From Candidatus Hadarchaeota archaeon (GTDB lineage Archaea; Hadarchaeota; Hadarchaeia; Hadarchaeales; Hadarchaeaceae): a stretch of DNA of 32,000 nucleotides. Where the stretch lies: NCBI GenBank assembly GCA_964514965.1, contig CAZETV010000001.1:783063-815062 (forward strand), in the 5' to 3' direction. Made by a program: the position numbers and the translations under genes. Below the pieces are notes generated by a model. The model was not told the origin of the DNA. It ran no database searches and worked only from the letters and a program-made list of their open reading frames with translations. Of this stretch, positions 1 to 8,707 are shown one piece after another (within the stretch, counting starts at the first letter, position 1; each line of letters begins with the position of its first letter).

Positions 1-1272
1 CATCACCGGCGCTCTCCCTAACAGCCCCCCTAATTCTACCCATTCTCCCTCTTTTCCCATCGGGATTATCCTTACACCGGTTGCCTTATCGTTCGCGACG
101 CCTATCGCGCATTCGTCCGCGATGACCGCGGCGATAGTTTCCGATGGTGTCTTGCTTGGCACCACTATCATGTCCAAACCAACTGAACAGACCGAAGTCA
201 TCGCCTCTAACTTATCTAAACTCATGGCGCCCTCAGCCACCGCTTCAGCCATGTCCTTGTCTTCGCTGACGGGGATGAATGCCCCAGATAAGCCACCCAC
301 ATATGAGGTCGCCATCACTCCCCCCTTCTTCACGGCATCCGTAAGAATGGCAAGCGCTGCAGTACTGCCATGAGTTCCACATTTTTCCACCCCCATGGCT
401 TCAATTATTCCCGCGACCGAATCGCCTTCAAAAGGAGTTGGGGCCAACGATAAGTCAATAATCCCGAATTTAACGTTCAACCTTCTCGCCATTTCCCGCC
501 CGACTAGCTCTCCAACCCTCGTTATCTTAAATGCAGTTTGCTTGATTTTCTCGGCCAGCTCTCCGAAATCAGCATCACTAAGCTTTTCTACTACAGCTCT
601 AATGACGCCGGGGCCTGAAATTCCAACGTTGACGCTGTTCTCTGCCTCTCCAACACCGTGAAAGGCCCCTGCCATGAACGGATTATCAGGAGGGGCATTC
701 GCGAAGGTAACAAGTTTGGCACAGCTCAATGGATTAATTGATGCGCATTCCTTCACCGCCTTTCCCATCCTAAGCACGGCGTCCATGTTGATTCCACTTT
801 TAGTAGTTGCGACGTTTACAGAGGAACATAATCGCTTGGTTTTGTTCAGCACCTTCGGGATGGAATCAATCAAGAGCTCGTCTCCCTTGGTGAACCCTTT
901 GTGCACTAGAGCGGAGTACCCTCCAATATAGTCCACTTTCAATTTTTCGGCAGCCACGTCCACACATTTCGCCAATTTCACGCAAGTACTCTCTTTTTTG
1001 GTGTTCAATGCGTCCAACAAGGAAGCTAGGGGAGTAACAGCAATCCTTTTATTGACAATCGGCAGCCCATATTTCATCTCCACTTCCTTTGCTTCTTTGA
1101 CGAGGTCACAGCCTACCGAGGTGATTTTTTTGTAGACCTTTTTGCACATTCGGTCGATATTCGGATCAATACATCCACCAAGATTTATCCCCAAGGTAAC
1201 TGTTCGAATGTCCAGCCGTTCAAAATTAATCATCTTTATCGTTTCGGCTATCTCTTCCTTGGAAAACTGCAT
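1..1272 (-). CDS. UPF0210/DUF711 family protein (C-terminus runs off the window)
   Basis: Absent from the ORF track because there is no stop inside the window. Manual reverse translation from ATG (1272-1270) gives [45 protein letters not shown]... and stays open to position 1. The N-terminal pattern matches UPF0210 proteins as I remember them. The gene sits 3 nt downstream of the small ACT gene, the usual partner of this family. Confidence 0.65.
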   Translation of the reverse strand, partial: MQFSKEEIAETIKMINFERLDIRTVTLGINLGGCIDPNIDRMCKKVYKKITSVGCDLVKEAKEVEMKYGLPIVNKRIAVTPLASLLDALNTKKESTCVKLAKCVDVAAEKLKVDYIGGYSALVHKGFTKGDELLIDSIPKVLNKTKRLCSSVNVATTKSGINMDAVLRMGKAVKECASINPLSCAKLVTFANAPPDNPFMAGAFHGVGEAENSVNVGISGPGVIRAVVEKLSDADFGELAEKIKQTAFKITRVGELVGREMARRLNVKFGIIDLSLAPTPFEGDSVAGIIEAMGVEKCGTHGSTAALAILTDAVKKGGVMATSYVGGLSGAFIPVSEDKDMAEAVAEGAMSLDKLEAMTSVCSVGLDMIVVPSKTPSETIAAVIADECAIGVANDKATGVRIIPMGKEGEWVELGGLLGRAPVM

Positions 1273-1275
1273 GAC

Positions 1276-1548
1276 CTACACCCTGTGCATGTATTTGAAA
1301 AGCCCTTCGTGCTGCATTATAATCTTAACTTTCTGTTTAGCAGCAACCCTATCTAGCACCTTTTGAACCTCGCTTCTCTTGACCTCACTTACGTCCACGA
1401 GCATAATCATGGTGAAGAACTCTTGCAAAATAGTTTGACTTATGTCCTCGATATTGACCTTTAACTTAGCCAACTCCGTTGTGACAGCAGCTACTATACC
1501 AGGGTGGTCAACCCCCGTAACTGTAATCACGGCTCGCTCCTTCGTCAC
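1276..1548 (-). CDS. small ACT-domain protein (UPF0237-like)
   Basis: 90-aa ORF. 'AVITVTGVDHPGIVAAVTTELAKLKVNIEDISQT' is a typical ACT b-a-b start. It is tightly linked upstream of the UPF0210 gene. Confidence 0.7.
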   Translation of the reverse strand: MTKERAVITVTGVDHPGIVAAVTTELAKLKVNIEDISQTILQEFFTMIMLVDVSEVKRSEVQKVLDRVAAKQKVKIIMQHEGLFKYMHRV

Positions 1549-1680
1549 AAATCCCCATTTTTAAAGTTTACATTAATTAGTTAATAAATGTAATAATTTG
1601 TTGTAGTTTAGCGGTAGTGAGGGATAAAAACGGGAAGTGTAAAAGATCTGGAAATTATAAGCCAGCCAGCCGGCAATAAA

Positions 1681-2712
1681 ATGGGAGTCGGCAGATTTCA
1701 CTTTTCTGACCGCTACTCCGTGTTCGACTGGGGAGAAATGCCAGACCACCTCATCAACAAGGGAGCTGCGTTATGCATGATGGGCGCTTACTGTTTCGAG
1801 AAATCGGAGGAAAACGGGATAAAAACCCATTATAGGGGTGTAGTAGGGCGAGATGGGAAAGTTGTCAGAGCCGACGAACTGCGCGAACCTACTGATACAA
1901 TGGAAATAAATTTAGTCCGAGTAATTCGCCCGAAAAAAGGGAGCGGAACCAATTATGATTATAGCGCCTTTAAACATGCCTTTGTAAATTTTTTGATACC
2001 GACGGAAATAATTTATAGAAACCGCCTACCTGAAGGTTCAAGCATTTTCAGACGGCTTAAGAACGGCCAAATCAGTTATGTGGATCTAGGATTGAACCAC
2101 TACCCCGCCCCAGGGGAAAACCTTGAAAAGCCTTTCTTTGATGTGAGCACAAAATTAGAAGAACAAGATAGATACCTCACTTGGTCAGAATCACAAAAAA
2201 TTTCAAGCCTAGCCGATGAAGAAGTAGAAAAAATTAAAGAAACCTTATCCCACACAAACAATTTGATTTCAAAAATTGCCGCGAGGGCCAACTTACAAAA
2301 CGATGATGGAAAAATCGAGTTAGCATTCGATGGCAATAGAAATTTAATCGTCGTGGATGTCCTCGGCACATTGGACGAATGCAGGTTTACTTATGAAGGT
2401 TTACACGTGAGCAAGGAAATTGCACGGCAGTACTACAGAAAAACGGAGTGGTACAGAGACGTTGAGAAGGCGAAAAGGGAAGCGGATATCAAAGGAACCA
2501 CCGATTGGAAAAGTTTGTGTAAATCCACCCCACCAAAATTAGATTTGGATTTGAAAAAGATAATATGCGACATTTACATGGCAGCAACAAACGAATGTAC
2601 GGGGCTTGATCTATTCGACGTTTCAAGCCTCGCCAATACCATAAAAGAATATCGAAAGTATTTAAGCGAGAAAAATATCTCCGCCGTACATGCAAAGATT
2701 AGAAAGGTTTAA
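1681..2712 (+). CDS. purC: SAICAR synthase-like protein (PurC family)
   Basis: 'FSDRYSVFDW' matches the DRiSAFD motif, and 'VDVLGTLDECRF' matches the GTpDssRF motif. It lies next to purP. The frame is open from 1621, and a PurC-like 'GSVKDL' lies upstream of the first ATG, so the start is uncertain. Confidence 0.65.
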   Translation: MGVGRFHFSDRYSVFDWGEMPDHLINKGAALCMMGAYCFEKSEENGIKTHYRGVVGRDGKVVRADELREPTDTMEINLVRVIRPKKGSGTNYDYSAFKHAFVNFLIPTEIIYRNRLPEGSSIFRRLKNGQISYVDLGLNHYPAPGENLEKPFFDVSTKLEEQDRYLTWSESQKISSLADEEVEKIKETLSHTNNLISKIAARANLQNDDGKIELAFDGNRNLIVVDVLGTLDECRFTYEGLHVSKEIARQYYRKTEWYRDVEKAKREADIKGTTDWKSLCKSTPPKLDLDLKKIICDIYMAATNECTGLDLFDVSSLANTIKEYRKYLSEKNISAVHAKIRKV

Positions 2713-2727
2713 ATAAATGAAAATCGC

Positions 2728-4143
2728 ATGTGCGGCAAAGGAGTCAGTAAAATGATTGAAAGAAATGAGATGCAAGAGATAACACGGAAATTTAAAAATC
2801 CCAAAGCTTTAATTTTGGGCTCTCATTCTGCTTTAGATGCAGCGGCGGGGGCGAGAAATTATGATCTGCCGTATTTAATTTACACCACACCACAAAGAGC
2901 CATAATTTACCTTCAAAACCCGATGGTCGGAAAACCAAAGGAAGTCGTCGACGATTTGCCAGCCGTTGTAAAGCGAGATATGGTTATAGCTAGAGACATA
3001 GCCGATCTCAAGAAGAAAAAATTTAAACAAGCGCTCCTTATCTTGGACAAGTACTCTGATATTGTAAAGTTTGTTGATGACTTAATCGAGTTAGAATGCC
3101 TTCAAATCCCCAATAGAGCCTTCAGCGTTTATGTCGGAGGAGATGAAAAATGCAGCACAATAGAAAATGATTTTGCAGTCCCAATTGTCGGCTCAAGAAA
3201 ACTTCTAAAAATAGAAAATCGTGGGGAAATAAAGAAAGATTACTATTGGTTTGCCCAACAAGCTGGAATCCCAACTCCAAAATCTTTTGAAGTCAAGATA
3301 GAAAAAGACAAACTAAAATTTAATAAAAAAATTGAACAGCCGATGATTTTAAAAACCGAGTTTAAACACAGGCAATTCGAAAGGTCCTTTATTTTTGCCG
3401 CCAACTCAGATGATCTCGAACAAAAAGTCAGGAAAGAAGTTGAAATCGGAAACATAGATGAAGACGGTTTGAAAATAGCAAGAATTGAAGAATACGTTCC
3501 CGGCCCACATGCCAATTTCAATTATTTCTTCTCTCCCCTAAACGCGAAAGAAAGTTGGGGCGACACAGAAAAAGTGTATACTGAAATATATAAAGTTCCT
3601 ACCGAAGAGGCTCGGGCTTGTTTAGCTAATGAGTTCCTGTCAATCGATGAAAGAAGAGAGGCCACCCACGACGGAGTCATAAGGCTGCCCGCTGACGTAC
3701 AATTAAAAGCGGATTGGAGTAAGACACCGTACCCACTCACTTTTGAGGTTACATTTCACTCAGATATTTCTATCAGAGAATCTTTATTGAAAGATGTCCA
3801 CAAAACTGCAAACGCTTTCCTAAAAGCAACCCAGATCCATGAACCGCCGGGGATTCTCGGGGCGTGGTGTTTGCAAACTTTAATCACATGGACTAAAATG
3901 GGAACCATCAGCGGGGTAAATTTAGGCTTGTATGACGTTCCAGATGGATCGGAGGTCTTCATGCACACCCCGGTAACACAGGATGTTGCATTGAGGCATG
4001 GCGGTGGAACTAACACTCATTTGGGAATCGGCTCAAAATACGCAAACGCAAAATATCAGAGAAGAATGAGTATGGGAGACAGGATTGCGCTCGAGACAAA
4101 GAGGGCAATAAAACGAAACATACTCGCGGAACTTGTAACTTAG
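2728..4143 (+). CDS. purP: FAICAR synthetase-like ATP-grasp protein (PurP family), longer than the roughly 360 aa I remember for the family
   Basis: 'ILGSHSALDAAAGA', 'SIRESLL', 'GAWCLQ' and 'RHGGGTN' match PurP motifs from memory. The start could be 2752 (MIERNEM). Confidence 0.6.
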   Translation: MCGKGVSKMIERNEMQEITRKFKNPKALILGSHSALDAAAGARNYDLPYLIYTTPQRAIIYLQNPMVGKPKEVVDDLPAVVKRDMVIARDIADLKKKKFKQALLILDKYSDIVKFVDDLIELECLQIPNRAFSVYVGGDEKCSTIENDFAVPIVGSRKLLKIENRGEIKKDYYWFAQQAGIPTPKSFEVKIEKDKLKFNKKIEQPMILKTEFKHRQFERSFIFAANSDDLEQKVRKEVEIGNIDEDGLKIARIEEYVPGPHANFNYFFSPLNAKESWGDTEKVYTEIYKVPTEEARACLANEFLSIDERREATHDGVIRLPADVQLKADWSKTPYPLTFEVTFHSDISIRESLLKDVHKTANAFLKATQIHEPPGILGAWCLQTLITWTKMGTISGVNLGLYDVPDGSEVFMHTPVTQDVALRHGGGTNTHLGIGSKYANAKYQRRMSMGDRIALETKRAIKRNILAELVT

Positions 4144-4222
4144 AACGGAACCGAGCAGAAAACCTCCGATCCAGATAAACGGAGGGCTTTCGAAGAGGGT
4201 GATTCAAACGGAGCGCGAGTAA

Positions 4223-4918
4223 ATGGAGAATCGTGCACAGTTTCTATCACTATTTCTCTTCGTTGGTTTCATTATGAAAATTCTAGGAGAGCTGATTCAC
4301 GAAATTATGGGTCATGGTTTATTTGTCCTTTTGTTTGGAGGAACCATCACAAAAGTTAACATAGCACTTTTGTGGCCTTACGAACTCTCTTCTATAAGAT
4401 TCAGCCCGCCTGCTAACGGTTTTGCTCCATGGCAGGAAGCTTGGATAGCTGGAGGGGGTATCTTAATCTGTTTAATAATATCCTATCTTCTCCAACTGTT
4501 CCTCTCGTCTAGAAAATCAAGTTGGCCGATTTCAATTTCTCTTTTCTGGCTTGCTTTCTGGACATTCATCAACCCTGTTGGATACCTGATAATGGGAGGA
4601 ACAAAACCGTTCGGCGATGTAGCCGACTTAATAAATAGAGGTATTCTCACATAAGAAACCGTTCTGGTTTTGGGACTTTTCCTCTTCCTTTTGAGTTTCT
4701 TCTCTCTTTCAAGAATCTTGCGGGAGTCCCTCGTCAAAACAAGGGTTATCAAGAACGTTAAGAATAGCGTGATTTTATTTTGGTTTATTATTCCATTCAT
4801 TACATTAGTAAACCTGATCGGGTACGGACAACCCTTGATTTCTTTCCCAATAAGCTTCCTACCCGCGCTCCTCGCTTACGTATCTCCCCCTCTCAAGAAC
4901 CGTCTGTTCAAAAAATGA
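4223..4918 (+). pseudogene. polytopic membrane protein with an HEIMGH motif, interrupted by an in-frame TAA (4652-4654); alternatively two adjacent small genes
   Basis: ORFs 4223-4654 and 4670-4918 are in the same frame, separated by a single TAA plus 15 nt. Both halves are strongly hydrophobic. Confidence 0.4.
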
Positions 4919-4961
4919 TGGAAAAACTGGGGGAAAACGTGAAAAGTTGACTCCTCAATTT

Positions 4962-5483
4962 TTATCCCTTAGACAATACCTTGCTCCAAGCATCCACCAT
5001 TTCTTTATTTCTGTCGCAGAGTATTACCTCTTCAAGCGTCCCCGCGACTTGGATAAAATCCCTTATCGCGCGGACCATCGCTTCTGCAGCAGCCTCTTCA
5101 GAAACTCTTCCGACGCCTGTCCCCATACCTGGGAACACTAAACTTCTAGCACCAATGTTATCTGCGCGTTCGAGCGCCGCCTTTGTCGAATAATATACCT
5201 TTTCACCTGTTGTCCGCATCACTGGGCGCTCCATCGTTGGGGCGTGCACGACCCATCGCGCTTGCAGCTTGCCCGCAGTTGTCGAAACCGCTTTTCCGAC
5301 CGGTACTGGAGCGTGCTTTAAGGCTTCCCGCTCGATTTCCTCGCCGCCAGCGCGCTTCAGCGCCCCCGCGGCCCCGCCACCCATATACATCAAGCTGCTT
5401 GCGGGATTACATATCGCGTCGGCTTTTTGCCTCGTCAAGTCCCCTTGTTTTACTACAACCACCAAGTTTCCAATTTTAAACAT
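4962..5483 (-). CDS. macro-domain protein (ADP-ribose binding/hydrolase, Af1521-like)
   Basis: 'VVVKQGDLTRQKADAICNPASS..GGGAAGALKRAGGEEIE' and 'VFPGMGTGVGR' match the macro-domain pattern. I chose the internal ATG at 5483 (MFKIGN) because the upstream 63 codons look non-coding and overlap the divergent promoter region. Confidence 0.75.
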   Translation of the reverse strand: MFKIGNLVVVVKQGDLTRQKADAICNPASSLMYMGGGAAGALKRAGGEEIEREALKHAPVPVGKAVSTTAGKLQARWVVHAPTMERPVMRTTGEKVYYSTKAALERADNIGARSLVFPGMGTGVGRVSEEAAAEAMVRAIRDFIQVAGTLEEVILCDRNKEMVDAWSKVLSKG

Positions 5484-5593
5484 CCTAACCCAAATAGACT
5501 TCCAACATTTTAAAATAAACTTGTTTTTTACTTGACAACAAAATGCCAACGAATTTATTTCACCAAAGCCGAAACTTTGACGGGGATTTAAAA

Positions 5594-5938
5594 ATGAAAT
5601 TACGCGTGAGATCTCTAACCTTCGACTTTCTGTTCGGCGGAGCAATCGTCGTCGGGGCACTGTTGGTAGCATCGCTGCTGGGGCCTACTGCGGGCGGCAT
5701 CCTCGCGGGCGCACCTATCCGGGCAAGCGGAGTGATTTTCCTCGAGTACCTTCACGAAGGCGTCGATAAAGCGACGGAACTGACGCGGGGCGTGGTATTT
5801 GCGATGGTCGCCAATGTGTTCTTCGCGGTTGTACTCTACTTCTGCATTCCCAAGTTCGGTCTGGAGGGAGCGTTCTTGGCCGCGAGTGCAGTGTTCATCG
5901 CAGTAATAGCCGTCATGAAGCCGATGGGTTTGCTCTGA
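5594..5938 (+). CDS. small integral membrane protein (DUF3147-like?)
   Basis: About 114 aa from ATG 5594. It has 3-4 hydrophobic segments rich in G/A. The family guess is weak. Confidence 0.4.
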   Translation: MKLRVRSLTFDFLFGGAIVVGALLVASLLGPTAGGILAGAPIRASGVIFLEYLHEGVDKATELTRGVVFAMVANVFFAVVLYFCIPKFGLEGAFLAASAVFIAVIAVMKPMGLL

Positions 5939-5968
5939 AGAGACTAATCTGGGACTCCGCCCAACACA

Positions 5969-6793
5969 TTAGACCCGACGCCCAGTGAGCGCCCGGATTA
6001 GCCTGTTTGTGGTCTCCTCCACAGCGCGATCTTCATAGGGAACGTACGGCAAATCCGCCTCGCCAGCTACAACTTTCGCAAGCTCGTTAATTGCGAGCGA
6101 CGCCTCACACTCAGGTTCGTACACGACAACCGGGACCCCCTCACGCTCCGCTTCCTGAACCTTTGAATCCTCGGGGATTTCCGCAAGCACGGGCATCGCG
6201 CCAAGCGTGCGGCCCATGAACTGCTCGATCTCACCGGTTGAAAGATCCGCCGTCTTACCAGTGCGGTTGACGACGAGACCCCGCGCCCAAGAGCCGAGCA
6301 CATTTGACAAGCGGATTGTCTTATTACAGTCAACGAGGCTTGTGTAAGTCGGATTACAGACCGGCAGCATTTCGCGAGCGGCTGCAATCGAAATTATCGT
6401 CGCGTCGGCTATCCCTGCGGGCGCGTCTATTAGCAGTAATCCGGTTTGCCGCAGGAACTCTTCGACGATTTCCTCGACGCGCTCGCGCTTCACCTTTGAG
6501 AACATATCATGCACATCTTCAAAACGAAAACCAGTCGGGACAACTTTTATGCCATAGTTCTCGTAAATTACGTCTTTAACATCAGCTTTTCCAGTTAAAA
6601 CATCCAAAAAACTCACTTCACACTTGTGCATCCCCATGATTATCCCCAGATTCGCCATCGCAAGGTCGCCGTCGAGGATCGTGACGTTCCGCCCGAGCGC
6701 GCCCAGTGCCACTCCGAGATTCGCCGTGAGGATGGTCTTTCCTGTCCCACCCTTGCCTGAGGCAATCGCTATCGAACGTGGTCTATTACGCAA
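5969..6793 (-). CDS. minD: MinD/ParA-family P-loop ATPase
   Basis: Deviant Walker A 'SGKGGTGKT' followed by 'ILDGDLAMANL'. TTG start with a GGGGG Shine-Dalgarno-like run upstream. Confidence 0.85.
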   Translation of the reverse strand: MRNRPRSIAIASGKGGTGKTILTANLGVALGALGRNVTILDGDLAMANLGIIMGMHKCEVSFLDVLTGKADVKDVIYENYGIKVVPTGFRFEDVHDMFSKVKRERVEEIVEEFLRQTGLLLIDAPAGIADATIISIAAAREMLPVCNPTYTSLVDCNKTIRLSNVLGSWARGLVVNRTGKTADLSTGEIEQFMGRTLGAMPVLAEIPEDSKVQEAEREGVPVVVYEPECEASLAINELAKVVAGEADLPYVPYEDRAVEETTNRLIRALTGRRV

Positions 6794-6888
6794 ATTTCAA
6801 CCCCCAAGTTTATTAACATCAAGCACTTAAAAACATGAATCTTTTTTTTAGTCCTGCCCCCATCAATAAATTCAAAAAATTAGAATAC

Positions 6889-7827
6889 TCACTCAAGTTT
6901 TGCGTCCGGGTGCGCCCCAAAATATCTTCTAACTGGCTCAAGCACCTGAACCAGTGCCTCAGCAACTGCCGCTTTTAGATCCGCGGGGTGGAGTTCGCCT
7001 GACATATATAGCTTTCGAAGTTCTGCTGCATCCTCTACTTCAAGCGGGCCTCCATACTTCACCTGCCTGCCAACTTCTAGCTTGCCGAGGATGGGGAATA
7101 TAACATGTTCAACGTACTCAATTATTGGATTATCCTTTGTTTGTTTTAACGGGCAAAATGATTTAATCACCTTTTTCTTGATTACTGAAGGTTCGTCGTC
7201 AATTGCGATGAAGTTGCCTTTTGACGAAGACATTTTATCAATCCCGTCCAATCCATGAAGCAAGGGCACATGTACACAGACCGGTTTTTTATATCCCACT
7301 GATGGCAATTTTTCCCGCGCGACCATGTGCACCTTTCGCTGATCTATGCCCCCAACCGCTACATCGACGTTGAGATGAGCTATATCCACTGCTTGCATGA
7401 GGGGATAAATCACCTGAGCCACATCCGGGTCATTTAAATGGCGGGCTATCTCAGCCATTGATCGACGCGCTCTAAACAATGTTGTACCGGTAGCCATCCG
7501 AAGAACATCCATCATGAACTCAGATTTTAACTGAAAGTCGGACCCAAGCAAGAACTCCGTATGCTTGGGGTCAAGACCCCACGCTATAAAACAATGTTTA
7601 TTATATTCGGCCACCTGACGAATCTCTTCAAGTGTTCCCTTATCGTTGAGGTATGCGTGCAAATCCGCGAGCAACACGACCACGCGCGCTCCTATCTTCT
7701 GAAAATCGATGAGTTTTTGCACGGACAACACGTGCCCAAAATGAATTTTCCCAGATGGTTCGTAACCACAATAAACTGTAAACTTTCCTTCACCCATTAG
7801 TTTGAGGAGTTCGGTTTCTGTAATCAC
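6889..7827 (-). CDS. tyrS: tyrosyl-tRNA synthetase (archaeal type)
   Basis: 'GYEPSGKIHFGH' (HIGH motif), 'LLADLHAYLN' and 'KMSSSKGNFIAIDD' (KMSKS motif). It is near-colinear with M. jannaschii TyrRS as I recall it, at 312 aa. Confidence 0.95.
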   Translation of the reverse strand: MITETELLKLMGEGKFTVYCGYEPSGKIHFGHVLSVQKLIDFQKIGARVVVLLADLHAYLNDKGTLEEIRQVAEYNKHCFIAWGLDPKHTEFLLGSDFQLKSEFMMDVLRMATGTTLFRARRSMAEIARHLNDPDVAQVIYPLMQAVDIAHLNVDVAVGGIDQRKVHMVAREKLPSVGYKKPVCVHVPLLHGLDGIDKMSSSKGNFIAIDDEPSVIKKKVIKSFCPLKQTKDNPIIEYVEHVIFPILGKLEVGRQVKYGGPLEVEDAAELRKLYMSGELHPADLKAAVAEALVQVLEPVRRYFGAHPDAKLE

Positions 7828-7978
7828 CTCAATCGTGCCCTGCGTTGCACACTTGAAGCGTTCTTCTGCCTCCGTTTGATCACCACTCGAAAAGTGTCCT
7901 AGCTAGCTAAAAGCTTTTGTTGAAGATGTGTGACCCCCTTATTTCGCATGGATACTTATTAAGTAGTCTCTATTATAA

Positions 7979-7997
7979 TACTGTTACGATAGTATCA
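7979..7997. repeat. 19-bp direct repeat, copy 1 (TACTGTTACGATAGTATCA)
   Basis: Exact match to 8618-8636. It contains an imperfect palindrome, ATACT-N8-AGTAT. A perfect 13-bp palindrome TACTTATTAAGTA with the same TACT/AGTA ends lies at 7953-7965. Confidence 0.9.
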
Positions 7998-8023
7998 TAA
8001 AAACCAATATAAATTAAAATAAA

Positions 8024-8047
8024 TTGCAGTGGAAATAAAGGGGTTGG
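8024..8047 (+). promoter_or_regulatory. ORB-like (origin recognition box / Orc1-Cdc6 binding) element
   Basis: TTGCAGTGGAAATAAAGGGGTTGG compared with the ORB core I recall (TTCCAGTGGAAAy, then a G-run). It sits next to an AT-rich tract (7966-8023). A degenerate inverted copy ('CACCACTCGAA') is at 7881-7891. Confidence 0.45.
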
Positions 8048-8051
8048 TCGT

Positions 8052-8615
8052 GTGGAGATAAATGAAAGAACGCTTGCTAGGGTATTCAGCTTTGACATTG
8101 GATTTACAGGCACACGCAAGACACTTTTTTACCGCAAGCTTTTCGGATATTCAAGTTCTACAAAGCGAAACAAAAAAGATGGTACCACAAAGGTTTACAC
8201 CTACATTGCGCGAGGGTTGCTCGGGGAAATTCCTCACTTGAAGCTTGGAAAGAGTGTTATTGCCGTTCCAAAGGCAGCAGCCTCCTGTTTTGAGGAGTTT
8301 TTTTGGGATCCCAAATGGCAACCTATAGAATTTTACAGTTTCGACGCTATTTTACCGCCGGAACTCAGAGCGCGTGCGATGGAAGAGGCGCTCGCGGGGT
8401 ATATATTTCTCGGAGGGGGGCACACAAAAATTACCATCGAAATGGACGAAATTTTAAGTATGGAGGGGCAGGGTGAGTTAACTCCTGAGTTTGCTGAACG
8501 TGCGCGGGGCGTCTTGCGCGTGGTTGAGGGGTTTGTAGCCCTTGACTGGACTGATGGGCGGGAATTTTCTCGGAGGTTTGAACCTTATTTGATGCGAGTG
8601 AGAGAATTAATTTAA
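8052..8615 (+). CDS. hypothetical protein, 187 aa, no recognised family
   Basis: GTG-start ORF with coding-like composition. It is bracketed by the 19-bp repeats. The N-terminal b-a-b-b-a pattern is only loosely Cas2/ferredoxin-like. Confidence 0.5.
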   Translation: MEINERTLARVFSFDIGFTGTRKTLFYRKLFGYSSSTKRNKKDGTTKVYTYIARGLLGEIPHLKLGKSVIAVPKAAASCFEEFFWDPKWQPIEFYSFDAILPPELRARAMEEALAGYIFLGGGHTKITIEMDEILSMEGQGELTPEFAERARGVLRVVEGFVALDWTDGREFSRRFEPYLMRVRELI

Positions 8616-8617
8616 TG

Positions 8618-8636
8618 TACTGTTACGATAGTATCA
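8618..8636. repeat. 19-bp direct repeat, copy 2
   Basis: Exact match to 7979-7997. It begins 2 nt after the stop of the 187-aa gene. Confidence 0.9.
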
Positions 8637-8654
8637 ATACTTTCGGCGACCTCT

Positions 8655-8704
8655 CTCCCCTAAAGACGCTTAAAAATTTAACACAAGCGTTCTTTTGAAG
8701 GGAG
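8655..8704. promoter_or_regulatory. imperfect palindrome around a TATA-like TTAAAAATTT, upstream of and overlapping the ribosome-binding site of the 271-aa gene
   Basis: The left arm CTCCCCTAAAGACGCTT pairs with the reverse complement of the right arm AAGCGTTCTTTTGAAGGGAG. The region 8636-8680 is about 78% identical to 17495-17539. Confidence 0.5.
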
Positions 8705-8707
8705 AAA

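Noticed and set aside
122-931. Three plus-strand ORFs (83-88 aa)
   Set aside because: They lie antisense to a long open minus-strand frame that translates to a recognisable UPF0210/DUF711 protein. Their sequences are low-complexity (S/A/T/P-rich).
4290-4320. HEIMGH as a zincin/M50 protease active site
   Set aside because: The spacing is HExxxH, not the HExxH of zincins and site-2 proteases, so I do not claim protease function.
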